Positions 27,415 through 37,185 of a DNA stretch of 64,000 bases are shown here, piece after piece. Origin of the DNA: Candidatus Woesearchaeota archaeon (GTDB lineage Archaea; Nanobdellota; Nanobdellia; Woesearchaeales; JAWBMQ01). The stretch is from the NCBI GenBank assembly GCA_038828875.1, contig JAWBMQ010000002.1:25314-89313 (forward strand). Direction: 5' to 3'. Position numbers and translations under genes: made by a program. The notes beneath the pieces were generated by a model. The model was given only the letters and a program-made list of their open reading frames with translations. It was not told where the DNA came from and did not search any database. Numbering within the stretch: the first letter of the stretch is position 1; each line of letters begins with the position of its first letter.

Positions 27415-28551
27415 ATGACAAAATATGTATCAGATTTAGATTTTGATTTTAGATTGTATCCGGTATTAGTTTATTTTTCTCCTTTAATACTTCCTAAAGA
27501 AGAATATGACAAATTAGGTCTAGAATTTCCAGATTCAGAATATCTAATTAATCAAAAATCATTGAGAAAGTCATTTAAACTTATGAAAAAAGAATTTAAT
27601 AAATCTTTTAAAAAAGATATTTCTGATATTGAAACATTATTTGAGAATTATTATTTTTCACTTAAAAACATAATTAATTTACCTCAAGAAATGTTATCTT
27701 TGTTAGGATATATTTATTATAAAGAGGAAGTGGAGCCAATAATTGAAGAACGAATGAAACGCTTTAATGAAAAAGTTGAATCTTATGTTTTTGATTATGA
27801 ACTATTGTCTAGAAAAAAAAGAAATGATGATTCTTTGGAGTTTATTGTTGATGAAACTAATCTAATGGAATTTATTGCATTATCAACTGATTTAAGTTTT
27901 CAAGAATTTTATTTAAATTTTTCAGAAAATGATGAAGAATCAAATTATTATTTAGCTTATTATTTGGAAGAAGAAAAAAATAAAAAAATCAAAGATATTC
28001 TTAAATATGATAACCTTGCTTATAGTTATCTTAAAAGAAAATATTTTGAATTAGCCAATATTTTAGATAAAATTGATGATGATTTCAATAAATTATATGA
28101 AAGAATGCTTTTCCTTTACAATGAGGGAGTTTCTTCTCTTAACAAAATAATGAAATTATTGCCATCTGCAGATCCTGATGCTAAAAAAATATTGAAAAAT
28201 CAATATAGTCATTTAGTTAAAATAATAGCAATAGAAGATGTTTTTTTAAAAAATTTAGAGGATAATTATTTTTCAATACAGATTAATAAAAATTATTTAA
28301 ATTCAGTCTATAATAAAATTAGATTGAATGATGATGTTTATTCAGAAATAAGTTCTTTTTTTCAATATCAAGGTTTAGCGATGTATATGTATGATTTAAT
28401 TGTTGAGTTAAATAAGAAACTTAGATGGGGAGAGAGGGATTTGAACCCTCGACACCACGGTCTTCAGCCGTGTGCTCTCCCAGCTGAGCTATCTCCCCAA
28501 AAATCTATTATTGATGATAAGCAATCATTTATAAATTTTTCGAAGAGGTGA
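27415..28551 (+). CDS. Hypothetical protein (block ORF 2); the 3' ~40 codons are the antisense translation of tRNA-Phe, so the true 3' end is uncertain
   Basis: ORF with no in-frame stop until 28551. The C-terminus ...GERDLNPRHHGLQPCALPAELSPQ is the tRNA read in antisense. Confidence 0.4.
   Translation: MTKYVSDLDFDFRLYPVLVYFSPLILPKEEYDKLGLEFPDSEYLINQKSLRKSFKLMKKEFNKSFKKDISDIETLFENYYFSLKNIINLPQEMLSLLGYIYYKEEVEPIIEERMKRFNEKVESYVFDYELLSRKKRNDDSLEFIVDETNLMEFIALSTDLSFQEFYLNFSENDEESNYYLAYYLEEEKNKKIKDILKYDNLAYSYLKRKYFELANILDKIDDDFNKLYERMLFLYNEGVSSLNKIMKLLPSADPDAKKILKNQYSHLVKIIAIEDVFLKNLEDNYFSIQINKNYLNSVYNKIRLNDDVYSEISSFFQYQGLAMYMYDLIVELNKKLRWGERDLNPRHHGLQPCALPAELSPQKSIIDDKQSFINFSKR
28426..28498 (-). 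tRNA. tRNA-Phe: tRNA-Phe (anticodon GAA), 73 nt, no intron, CCA not encoded
   Basis: Minus-strand sequence GGGGAGAtaGCTCagctgggaGAGCaCACGGctGAAgaCCGTGgtgtcGAGGGttcaaatCCCTCTCTCCCCa. It folds into a canonical cloverleaf with a 7-bp acceptor stem, D arm, 5-bp anticodon stem, GAA anticodon and T-psi-C arm GTTCAAATC. Confidence 0.9.
28528..28535 (-). promoter_or_regulatory. Putative TATA box (TTTATAAA), with a BRE-like CGAAAAA, about 30 nt upstream of the tRNA-Phe 5' end
   Basis: The minus-strand context is cgaaaaatttataaatgattgcttatcatcaataatagattttt|GGGG. Confidence 0.35.
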
Positions 28552-28556
28552 AATAG

Positions 28557-29255
28557 ATGCAAACATTAGAAGAAAAATTAGTTAGTGATGGAGTTAAGTT
28601 GTTTAAGGTAATGTATCCTTTGAATGTGTATTTAACTAGATTAACAGAAATAGTAGAAAAAAATGATTTGAAAAAAGATGAAACTTTGATGAAGTTGATA
28701 TATGGATTAAATGATGCTATAGAAAGATATGATAAGACGGTAATTGATTTCTGGAAGTTATATGCTGCAAGTTCTGAACTTTACAAAAAATATTATTCTC
28801 AAGATAAAGAGCTCGATAATGTTGAAAATTATTATAAAAAAGATTTAATTCAATTGGTAACAGGTGCGAAGTCAAAAGATTTGCCAAAAGTTATAATGTT
28901 CTTAAAAAAGGAGTTAGATTTTAAAGATGTGCCTGATTTGTATTCAATTTTGAAAAGGGATAAACTTGCATATCACGTTAACAATGCGTACATTTATTTC
29001 ATTGATATATTTGAAAAAGTACATAAAATTTACTCACATTTTGAAAAAAAGAAAAAAGATTATCTTTACCTGCCTTTAGTAAAGTTAGAAAATTCAATAT
29101 ATTCAATTTTAGGAAATGATAAGAATGATTTAAATCCTGAAGTTTTGAATTATTGTACTGAAATTGGATTAAAAATGCATTTAATTTCTCATGTTTTAGA
29201 TCTAGAAATTTATAAAAAATTCGAAGAAAAAAAGAAAAATTATATTAAAAAATAA
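28557..29255 (+). CDS. Hypothetical acidic helical protein (block ORF 3)
   Basis: ORF preceded by GAGGTGA. Confidence 0.5.
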   Translation: MQTLEEKLVSDGVKLFKVMYPLNVYLTRLTEIVEKNDLKKDETLMKLIYGLNDAIERYDKTVIDFWKLYAASSELYKKYYSQDKELDNVENYYKKDLIQLVTGAKSKDLPKVIMFLKKELDFKDVPDLYSILKRDKLAYHVNNAYIYFIDIFEKVHKIYSHFEKKKKDYLYLPLVKLENSIYSILGNDKNDLNPEVLNYCTEIGLKMHLISHVLDLEIYKKFEEKKKNYIKK

Positions 29256-29267
29256 TGCGGTGAAAAC

Positions 29268-30008
29268 ATGGACGAAAAAGAATTATCAAAAATTGTTGTT
29301 GCAATAAGTAATCTTTATAATGATACAAACAATAATTTGTACAAATATAATGAATTATTTTTTGATACTTTTTTTGAACATTTTAGAGAATATTATCGTG
29401 AGTTCATTGAAAATTATAAATCAATAACTGATGCATTAGAAATGATGAATGAGGATTATAAGAATTTAATGTTCAATTCAGTAAAAATCTTTCCAGAGTA
29501 TAGACATATGTTTGAATCAACCAAAAATTTTCAAAATTTGAAATCACTTTACAATTCAAATTCTTTAGAAGAGTTAATTATAAATAATCCTTTGGAAGAT
29601 GTTGTTGTTTTCTTTAGAGATGAATTAAATTTTAAAGAGAACTTTGATATTGAAAATAAGCACAAAGTTATGGATATTTTGTATTCTTTCCTTTCTGATT
29701 TTGAAGTAGTATATTATAGAATTCTTAAAACTGAAAAATGGATTAATCATTTAACATCCAATGGAACTTACATTTCAAGAAAATACTTGGATATTTCATC
29801 ATTTTTTGGAGAATGGCTTTATGAGGTTTATTCTTTCGATAAGAAAATTTCAGAAAAATTGAAGCAATATGAAGAAAATAGTTTAACTTATTTTGAAGAC
29901 AAAAGCGAATATTTGAAACTTTGGTTGAGAAATTATTTGTTAGCAAACGTTGACAATTATAAGGATCTGTTTTTATCTAAAAAAGAAAATATTATTACTA
30001 AAAAGTGA
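29268..30008 (+). CDS. Hypothetical protein (block ORF 4)
   Basis: ORF preceded by GGTGA. Confidence 0.5.
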   Translation: MDEKELSKIVVAISNLYNDTNNNLYKYNELFFDTFFEHFREYYREFIENYKSITDALEMMNEDYKNLMFNSVKIFPEYRHMFESTKNFQNLKSLYNSNSLEELIINNPLEDVVVFFRDELNFKENFDIENKHKVMDILYSFLSDFEVVYYRILKTEKWINHLTSNGTYISRKYLDISSFFGEWLYEVYSFDKKISEKLKQYEENSLTYFEDKSEYLKLWLRNYLLANVDNYKDLFLSKKENIITKK

Positions 30009-30062
30009 TTTCAAATTAACAAATTTTATAAATGGTTCTTTTTTTGGTAGTTTGGTGATATT

Positions 30063-30575
30063 ATGAGAGCTAATCTAGATGATTTTTTCAAGATGGACAA
30101 TTATAAAATTAGAGCTGAAATCAAGCAGTTAGATGCTGAAGTTTTGGTTTCTGCAAAATTATCAAAAAGTTTAGAAGATACAATTTCAAATTACAAAGAA
30201 GAATTATCTTATGATGTAAGATTAAGCTATGAAAAATTTCAGAAAAATGCCAAAAATTTGTTGAGTTATTGGTATAACTATAATACACAGAATGGAAATG
30301 GTAGAATTACATTGAGTGAATATTTATCTTCATTAAGGGCAAAACTTAATTCATTGTCTATTGATTTGTACGAATTAGAGCTTTCAATTTACGAAACTTT
30401 CAAAAAGCAAAAAAATGAAATATATGAATCTATAATTAGCACTATACATTCATCATTTAATTGGGAATATTTAGCTAAGAAAAATGATAAATATCTTGAA
30501 AGAGTTAAAAATGAGGTGCTTGATTTTTACTATCCACCTTTAAATGATGAGGATCTTTCAAATGATGTATATTGA
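30063..30575 (+). CDS. Hypothetical protein (block ORF 5)
   Basis: ORF preceded by GGTGATA. Confidence 0.5.
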   Translation: MRANLDDFFKMDNYKIRAEIKQLDAEVLVSAKLSKSLEDTISNYKEELSYDVRLSYEKFQKNAKNLLSYWYNYNTQNGNGRITLSEYLSSLRAKLNSLSIDLYELELSIYETFKKQKNEIYESIISTIHSSFNWEYLAKKNDKYLERVKNEVLDFYYPPLNDEDLSNDVY

Positions 30576-30637
30576 AAATAGATTTTTAAATAACAAAATT
30601 TATAAATTATGTAATACTACTACTAAATGGTGATACA

Positions 30638-31114
30638 ATGAATATAGAAAACCTACTTAGAAAATATGCAGTTGCTAATGCATACAAAAATACAATAGAA
30701 AAGTACAATGAAATTTTTGATAAAGAATACTACAAGGTAAGAAACGAAGATGAATTTTCTGATGAAGTTAACTACGTTAATTTGAAAAAGAAGACCTTAG
30801 AATTAGCAATGAAAAATTTAGAGATGGGAAGTGAATTAATACAAGTTAAAGTAAGTAAAGTAAAAAATTATCTTAACAAGAATATTGACGAGCAAAAGTT
30901 GAAAACTTCTGAAGAATATTTCGATAATTTTATGGATAATTTGATTACAAATTGCTTAGTTATGGATGAATTGAGAAGTTTAGTAGAAGGAAGATATTTA
31001 AATAATAGATCGCAATTAAACAGAGAAACATTAGACTCTATTGAGAATCTTTCAAATACAGTTAAAGAATACAGGAAAATAATAAAATCATTAATGGCAA
31101 TTGATGTTAATTAA
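30638..31114 (+). CDS. Hypothetical protein (block ORF 6)
   Basis: ORF preceded by GGTGATA. Confidence 0.5.
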   Translation: MNIENLLRKYAVANAYKNTIEKYNEIFDKEYYKVRNEDEFSDEVNYVNLKKKTLELAMKNLEMGSELIQVKVSKVKNYLNKNIDEQKLKTSEEYFDNFMDNLITNCLVMDELRSLVEGRYLNNRSQLNRETLDSIENLSNTVKEYRKIIKSLMAIDVN

Positions 31115-31148
31115 TTTGTTTATTTTTTATATTTTTTGAGGTGGGATA

Positions 31149-31505
31149 ATGAATTATAAAAATTTAGAAGATAAATTAGAGTTTCAAAATTTTAGATATT
31201 ATTCAGAAGTAATCAAAAAGAATCTAAATATTAAAGGATATTTTGACATCCTTAGGAATTGTTATTATGATGATTCAAATATAAGAAAATATTATTATTC
31301 ACTTGTTGAGGAATATCAAAGAAGTCCTAAAAAAAATAAAGATTTAGATTTAAAAATTTTTGAGTTATACAAATCAATGAATTATCTAACAAATTCAAAA
31401 AATAAAAAATCAGACATTTTAAACTACAACGAAGAAATACAAAAGTTTGCTATTGAATATTTAACTATAAAAAAACAAATTGAAAATGATAGACGACAAA
31501 ATTGA
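31149..31505 (+). CDS. Hypothetical protein (block ORF 7)
   Basis: ORF preceded by GAGGTGGGATA. Confidence 0.45.
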   Translation: MNYKNLEDKLEFQNFRYYSEVIKKNLNIKGYFDILRNCYYDDSNIRKYYYSLVEEYQRSPKKNKDLDLKIFELYKSMNYLTNSKNKKSDILNYNEEIQKFAIEYLTIKKQIENDRRQN

Positions 31506-31932
31506 TCAGCTTTATGATGAATTTTATGCAAAGATGGGAGAATTTTTTAATAGTGAAGAAATTACAGATTCTTTAGTAATTTTGCTTTCAAGAAAAAAAG
31601 TTTTGGAAAATTATATTAACAAAGTAATTGATCAAGTTAATTATATCCGACATAAAAATGAAAATTTTTATTATGATGTTTTAGATGATTTATCAAAATT
31701 AACTATTAGTAAAATGTGGAAAGTTCTTAATAATAAACCATCTGAACAGCAATCACTTGAAGAATATGAGAAAAATATTCTAGAATATCATAAAGAAGTA
31801 ATAGATTGTGCTAACGATTTAATATATTTGAAAAAGTTGATTGATTATTATACTCTTTATGATCTTTTTTGTGCTCCATATTATTTAGAAGAAGCAAAAA
31901 AATTTTCTAAACAAATTATTAAGGAGGTATAA
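31480..31932 (+). CDS. Hypothetical protein (block ORF 8)
   Basis: ORF overlapping the previous gene by 26 bp. Confidence 0.45.
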   Translation: MKMIDDKIDQLYDEFYAKMGEFFNSEEITDSLVILLSRKKVLENYINKVIDQVNYIRHKNENFYYDVLDDLSKLTISKMWKVLNNKPSEQQSLEEYEKNILEYHKEVIDCANDLIYLKKLIDYYTLYDLFCAPYYLEEAKKFSKQIIKEV

Positions 31933-31934
31933 AA

Positions 31935-32456
31935 ATGACTCTTCCTACAAGTATAGAAAAGATAATTAATGAGTATTATACTATTATAAATGCATTTCAT
32001 TCGAAGTACTTTAAAAATGAAAATTATAACTACACAAACAAATTTGCAGCATATAAGAAAATTTTTGAAAGTAATGAAGAAATATTAGATTATTTTTCTC
32101 AAAAAATTTCAGAAGATGCTAAAAAAAATATTAAACAATATAAAAAATTGCTGAATCTTTTTGATGAATTTAGGAAAGAATATTCTAAGTTTTGCAAAGA
32201 AAAGAAAAAAGTTGAAATAATATATCATAATAATAAAGAGTACAATTTAGAAGAATATTTCTATGATTTAGATAAAATTGCTTTAGAGATGTTAAAAGAT
32301 AGCAATGTTGAAGATGTTGGAAAAACGTTAAATGAGTTTTTGAAAAAGCGAATTGATTATATTGCAAAAGGTTATCAATTATCTATAATGTATTTGAATT
32401 TAATGGATGAATGTTCAAAAGTTTATGAAGATGGTGGATTGTATGACTCTCGATAA
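31935..32456 (+). CDS. Hypothetical protein (block ORF 9)
   Basis: ORF preceded by GGAGGT. Begins 3 bp after the previous stop. Confidence 0.5.
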   Translation: MTLPTSIEKIINEYYTIINAFHSKYFKNENYNYTNKFAAYKKIFESNEEILDYFSQKISEDAKKNIKQYKKLLNLFDEFRKEYSKFCKEKKKVEIIYHNNKEYNLEEYFYDLDKIALEMLKDSNVEDVGKTLNEFLKKRIDYIAKGYQLSIMYLNLMDECSKVYEDGGLYDSR

Positions 32457-32973
32457 AAAATTAAATGAACTTTATAAGAATTTGAAAGATAAATGGAAAC
32501 AGTTTGAAGAGTGGGAAAATCAGATTAGATCAAAATATCTTGAAAAATGGAAAAGTAAAGATATTGAAGATATCTATCAATTTATTAAATATCCTATGAG
32601 TTATGAGTTAATGAACCTTATTTTAGAGAAAGAATCAAAATATTATAAATTAAACGTAAAAACAAATAATGAGTATGATCAATTGTTTAATAAATTTTTA
32701 GAACTAAAAGATAAGAAATTTAAAAAGGATTATGTTAAATTTAATGGAACAACAATCTATTCTCTGGAAGATTTATTTTATATAACAAGAAATTCAACGG
32801 ATTTACCTTTTGTTTTTTTAGAAACTTCTTATTCTTTAGGTCTAAATGAAACTTCAACTATGAATATTTTTGAAAATTATTTAGAAGATTTAAAAAGTTA
32901 TTATCAATCTCTTTATGAATTCATAGATATGTTAACAAATTACATTGTAAAAAGAGGTGATAAAAATGAATAA
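32407..32973 (+). CDS. Hypothetical protein (block ORF 10)
   Basis: ORF overlapping the previous gene. A later start, e.g. MTLDKK at ~32443, is possible. Confidence 0.45.
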   Translation: MNVQKFMKMVDCMTLDKKLNELYKNLKDKWKQFEEWENQIRSKYLEKWKSKDIEDIYQFIKYPMSYELMNLILEKESKYYKLNVKTNNEYDQLFNKFLELKDKKFKKDYVKFNGTTIYSLEDLFYITRNSTDLPFVFLETSYSLGLNETSTMNIFENYLEDLKSYYQSLYEFIDMLTNYIVKRGDKNE

Positions 32974-33550
32974 TTTAGAAAAAATTACATCAATGTCTTA
33001 TCCTGAGTACAAAATGATAGAAGATAGGTGGAAGAAACATTTAGATTATATTGCTTCAAGAATCAATATGTTGTATAGTTCAATTGGCAATAAAACATTA
33101 ATAGATAAATTTTTGAATTATTATCAGCAAAGCAATGGAAATCTATATAATAAATTAAACGATCTTTTTTCTCAATATAATATAATGCTAAGCTATTCCT
33201 CAAATTCTAAAGTAAATGCAATTATTCAAGAGATAACTCAAGAAATACAAATTTATGAAAATCTAAAAAATAAGTTAGAGGAAATAACTTTTTCTCCAGA
33301 GAAAAGGTATAATTTTAGCGATATGATAAAAAAATATATTCAAGAGAACAACATAAAGAATTTTAATTTAGTAAAAGATTTTCCAAAATTGTTTTTTTGG
33401 ATCTCTAGGAAGAATAACCTAAATACTCAAGAGATAAAAGTAGGTTTAGACACATATATTTTGAAAAGAGAACAAATGTATTACAGTTTATTTAATTTAG
33501 TTGAGCTTTCTATAGATTTAGTAAAACAAGTATCCAGTAATAAAAAATAA
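32957..33550 (+). CDS. Hypothetical protein (block ORF 11)
   Basis: ORF preceded by AGAGGTGA. Confidence 0.5.
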   Translation: MIKMNNLEKITSMSYPEYKMIEDRWKKHLDYIASRINMLYSSIGNKTLIDKFLNYYQQSNGNLYNKLNDLFSQYNIMLSYSSNSKVNAIIQEITQEIQIYENLKNKLEEITFSPEKRYNFSDMIKKYIQENNIKNFNLVKDFPKLFFWISRKNNLNTQEIKVGLDTYILKREQMYYSLFNLVELSIDLVKQVSSNKK

Positions 33551-33599
33551 TAGATTTTGAAATCATAATATTTTTTAATTCTTTTTTGATATTTTATAA

Positions 33600-34133
33600 T
33601 TGGTGATACAGATGAAAGTTGGAAAAAATATTGAAAAAAAATTAGATGAATTATCTTTTAAAAGGTTAAGTATGGAATATTATAGAGCTTTAGAATTGTT
33701 ATATTCAAATTATATTTCATATAGATTTAGAGAACACATTGAAAATGAGAATATAAAAAATTACTATAATTTTGAGAAAGAAATTTCAAAGAAAGTGAAT
33801 CAAGAGCTAAAGCCTGTTCATGATATGTTTAATTACGTCAAAAAATCAATATTCGAATATCTTGATAATCCAGAAAACTTTAAAGATCCTGTTGTTTTTA
33901 AGTATTATGTTAAATCTTTGGTCAATCAGTTTGAAAAGACAAATTCTTTTTTTGAAAAACATGTTATGCCATATCTTTGTCAAAAACTAGAAAATAGAAA
34001 AGCAAATATAGTTAGTTATGATAAAGCAAATAAAAAGATATACTTTTTCTATACTAATCGGTATGAAGAGATGAACAATCTTTACAAAACAATGCAAATG
34101 ATCACAGAAAAGCTGAAAAAAGCCATTTCTTAA
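33600..34133 (+). CDS. Hypothetical protein (block ORF 12)
   Basis: ORF preceded by GGTGATA. Confidence 0.5.
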   Translation: MVIQMKVGKNIEKKLDELSFKRLSMEYYRALELLYSNYISYRFREHIENENIKNYYNFEKEISKKVNQELKPVHDMFNYVKKSIFEYLDNPENFKDPVVFKYYVKSLVNQFEKTNSFFEKHVMPYLCQKLENRKANIVSYDKANKKIYFFYTNRYEEMNNLYKTMQMITEKLKKAIS

Positions 34134-34187
34134 TCTTTTTTATTTTTTTAAGTTTTCTTTAAAATTTTAAAAAATTTTATAAATGAT

Positions 34188-34760
34188 TTGTATTTATCAT
34201 ACAGTGATAAAATGTCTTTGGATTTCAATATTGAAAAATATTATGAACATTTGTTGGAAGAAGTAAGAGATAGTTTAGTTTCTTTAGGTTGGGATAAGCA
34301 GTTTGTTGATGAACATATTCAAGAGTTAAATAAATATAATAGATATTCTTTATCAGAAGAAACCGATTTAGAATTGAGAAGATATAAAAATTTAATACAT
34401 AAAATTTATTTAGGAATGCCTTATAGATTGAAAGAATATTTTTTAGAAAGATCTGAATATGTTTCTTTAGATGTAAATAAAATCTTAGAACTTTTTGATG
34501 AAACTTATGATAAATTAATAGAATTTAGAAATAAAAAAAGAAATTCAGAATTAAAAGATTATGTTGATCAAGAAAGTAAATTTTTAACTGAACTAGTTCA
34601 CTATGGTTTAGGTATTGAAAATATAGAATCTATTTTTGAGATTATTTATTCTGATGAAGATCATCTTGATGAAAATACGATTTATGAAAAAAATCAAGCG
34701 GCAATAAGTTATATAAAAGATTTTTATTTTCCTGAATTAATTTTGAAAAAAGATGATTAA
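34188..34760 (+). CDS. Hypothetical protein (block ORF 13)
   Basis: ORF. Confidence 0.45.
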   Translation: MYLSYSDKMSLDFNIEKYYEHLLEEVRDSLVSLGWDKQFVDEHIQELNKYNRYSLSEETDLELRRYKNLIHKIYLGMPYRLKEYFLERSEYVSLDVNKILELFDETYDKLIEFRNKKRNSELKDYVDQESKFLTELVHYGLGIENIESIFEIIYSDEDHLDENTIYEKNQAAISYIKDFYFPELILKKDD

Positions 34761-34762
34761 AT

Positions 34763-36007
34763 ATGGATTCATACGAATATAACCTTTTGAAAAGAGAGCG
34801 AAATTTAGTAGATCTTTTTGAAAAAAATTCACATTTCCTTTTTTATGAAAATTTAAGAAAAAATTTTTCATATGCTGATGCTGATAAACTTTATGCAATT
34901 ATCGTTACTAAAATATCTTCTTTAGATTATTCTCTTCTTTTAGAGCTTAAAGCAGGAATAGAAGATAAGATTAATGATTATTACAACAATAGACAAATCT
35001 ATTCTTCAAAAATTTTTGATGAGTTAGAAGAACGATTGATTAAAGAAGCAAAACCATTCCTTGATAAAATTAGAAATGAATATAATTTATTTTATAACAT
35101 AGTATTATCTAATTTAAATCATCTCAAAGATCATGAGGCTTTTGCAGAAGCATTAATAAATATGACTTTAGCTGAAATTATCACCTTAGATTTAACATAT
35201 AAAGAAATTTCATCTATGGAAATGAATTATGCGTATTTAAAATATGATGAAATTAAGAACAAAATTTTAAAAAACAAAGAAAAAAGAATTTACATTCAAC
35301 CTGAGTTTGATGCAATTTTAAATGCATCATTATCAATTTCTGATAAAGATTTTATGCGATATTTACCTAGTTTTTTTGATCATTATAAATATGTTTTTGG
35401 TTTTGTATTAAGCAAAAATTCCTTTGAAAATTTAAAAAATTCAATTCAGGATTATAAAAATTCTATGGATAGAATTTGTTTTGATTTTCTAGAAGAAATT
35501 TCTAAGAAGAACATTTATTTTTTACCGACTACTTTCGAATTGAGATATAAGACGTTAGTTCCAGAAATGGAAATTTATGTTAATGAAAGTTATTATAAGA
35601 AATTGATGGTACAGCTTGATGTTTCTTATTTTTCAATGGAATATCAGAATTATATCTTAGAAAAATTTCAAAAGATAAAATCTTTTAATCTAGAAATTTT
35701 AGAAGATAATAAACTAAATGCTTCTTCTTTATTTCAAAACTTAGAAACATTAATTAAAGACCCCATGAAGTCAGAATCCCTCTTTTTAGAACCTATCTTA
35801 AAGATAATTCAAGATGCAATGTTAAACAATTCGAATTATTCAAATATATTCTTTAAAGAATTGAAAAATCAATATTTGAAAATAGCATTTTATGGAAATC
35901 TTATTGAATCTCTTGATTTAATTCAGGATTACTTTAATTATAGTAATAAGTTAGAAAAATTCAATGATTTTTTAAATTATTTAGACAATAAATGTAATCT
36001 AAGATGA
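34763..36007 (+). CDS. Hypothetical protein (block ORF 14, 414 aa)
   Basis: ORF beginning 3 bp after the previous stop. Confidence 0.5.
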   Translation: MDSYEYNLLKRERNLVDLFEKNSHFLFYENLRKNFSYADADKLYAIIVTKISSLDYSLLLELKAGIEDKINDYYNNRQIYSSKIFDELEERLIKEAKPFLDKIRNEYNLFYNIVLSNLNHLKDHEAFAEALINMTLAEIITLDLTYKEISSMEMNYAYLKYDEIKNKILKNKEKRIYIQPEFDAILNASLSISDKDFMRYLPSFFDHYKYVFGFVLSKNSFENLKNSIQDYKNSMDRICFDFLEEISKKNIYFLPTTFELRYKTLVPEMEIYVNESYYKKLMVQLDVSYFSMEYQNYILEKFQKIKSFNLEILEDNKLNASSLFQNLETLIKDPMKSESLFLEPILKIIQDAMLNNSNYSNIFFKELKNQYLKIAFYGNLIESLDLIQDYFNYSNKLEKFNDFLNYLDNKCNLR

Positions 36008-36543
36008 CATTTGACTTAGAAAGAAAACTCAATCAATATTTTTTGGAATATAAGGAAAAGTTGTTTAATCAAGGCATTCCTGAAAAATTCATAAATTATT
36101 ATACGGATTATTTTTTTAACAAAATTGATAAGTTAGTTTTTATCTATGAAAGTGCAGAGAAAAAATTAGATTCGATTTATTTTCTCTTAAACGAAATTTT
36201 TGTAGATGATAAAAAGATAGATGACATTCTTTTTTCTTGTGATCCTTTCCTTTCAGAGTATTATTTTAGCATAGATCTTTTGATGACTTCTCTTGAACAA
36301 ATAACATCAACAAATGAAATAAATTTCAAAGAAATTAAATCAGAATTGAGAAATTATTATAAAGCAGTTACTACTTTTATAAAATGCGCATATTATTTTG
36401 ATAAAATTTATTATGTGATAAGTGATGCAACTTTATTTTTAGATAAAAGCTTTCAAAATAATGAAAAAAAGATGTACAACTACATTAGATACAATATTTC
36501 TTTGTTAAAAGAGCAATATCATAGCAAAAAATTTAAAAACTAA
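36004..36543 (+). CDS. Hypothetical protein (block ORF 15)
   Basis: ATGA start/stop overlap with the previous gene. Confidence 0.5.
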   Translation: MTFDLERKLNQYFLEYKEKLFNQGIPEKFINYYTDYFFNKIDKLVFIYESAEKKLDSIYFLLNEIFVDDKKIDDILFSCDPFLSEYYFSIDLLMTSLEQITSTNEINFKEIKSELRNYYKAVTTFIKCAYYFDKIYYVISDATLFLDKSFQNNEKKMYNYIRYNISLLKEQYHSKKFKN

Positions 36544-36561
36544 AAAATAATAAATAGTTTT

Positions 36562-37185
36562 ATGGCATCTAAAACATTAAAGATCTTTATTGGTGTAGCT
36601 GGATTATTTACTGGAATTTCTTTGCTTTTTCCTCAAACCTACACAGGAAATTTTGTCAATCAAAATCCATCTTTTAGTATTTTTTCTTATTTAATGATTT
36701 TAGCATCATTTTTGTTGATTCTTGTTGCATCATCAGAATCAGAGACTTCAGAAAAGAAAGAAACTCTTGAAAATATAGTTGATGAATCTATTGATCCTGA
36801 TTTAGAAAAGTATTATTCTTTAGCAAAAAAAATATCAGAAAGCTATGAAAAAGCAATAGTACCTAAATATGATAAAGAACAAATAAAGGTAGATCTCTTT
36901 AATCTTATGAAAGGAAATATTTTATATTATGAAGAGAATAAAGAGAAGATGAAAAGGATTTTGGATTATTTATCAGCTAACAAAGATAAAGAATTGGCAG
37001 AATTAGTAAAAACAAAGATTGATTTCTTACAGAAAGAATTAGAATATATGATCAATTACATTGATGATTTTGAATATTCTTTAGATAAGGATAAAAAAGA
37101 GATGAACATAAAAAGTAAGAGAGAAGAGTTGCTGAAAGAGTTGAATGAATATTATAAAAAAGTAAAAAGCAAGTTGCAATATTAA
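36562..37185 (+). CDS. Hypothetical membrane protein (two N-terminal TM helices plus a coiled-coil tail; block ORF 16)
   Basis: N-terminal segments IFIGVAGLFTGISLLF and FSYLMILASFLLILVA, followed by a K/E-rich heptad-like tail. Confidence 0.5.
   Translation: MASKTLKIFIGVAGLFTGISLLFPQTYTGNFVNQNPSFSIFSYLMILASFLLILVASSESETSEKKETLENIVDESIDPDLEKYYSLAKKISESYEKAIVPKYDKEQIKVDLFNLMKGNILYYEENKEKMKRILDYLSANKDKELAELVKTKIDFLQKELEYMINYIDDFEYSLDKDKKEMNIKSKREELLKELNEYYKKVKSKLQY

Noticed and set aside
26358-37185. Interpretation of the 16-ORF block as an integrated provirus or plasmid.
   Set aside because: No integrase, recombinase, capsid, terminase, primase or replication-initiator signature is recognisable. 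No att-like duplication of the tRNA-Phe 3' end is apparent by eye. It is retained only as one hypothesis under the block finding, not called as a mobile element.
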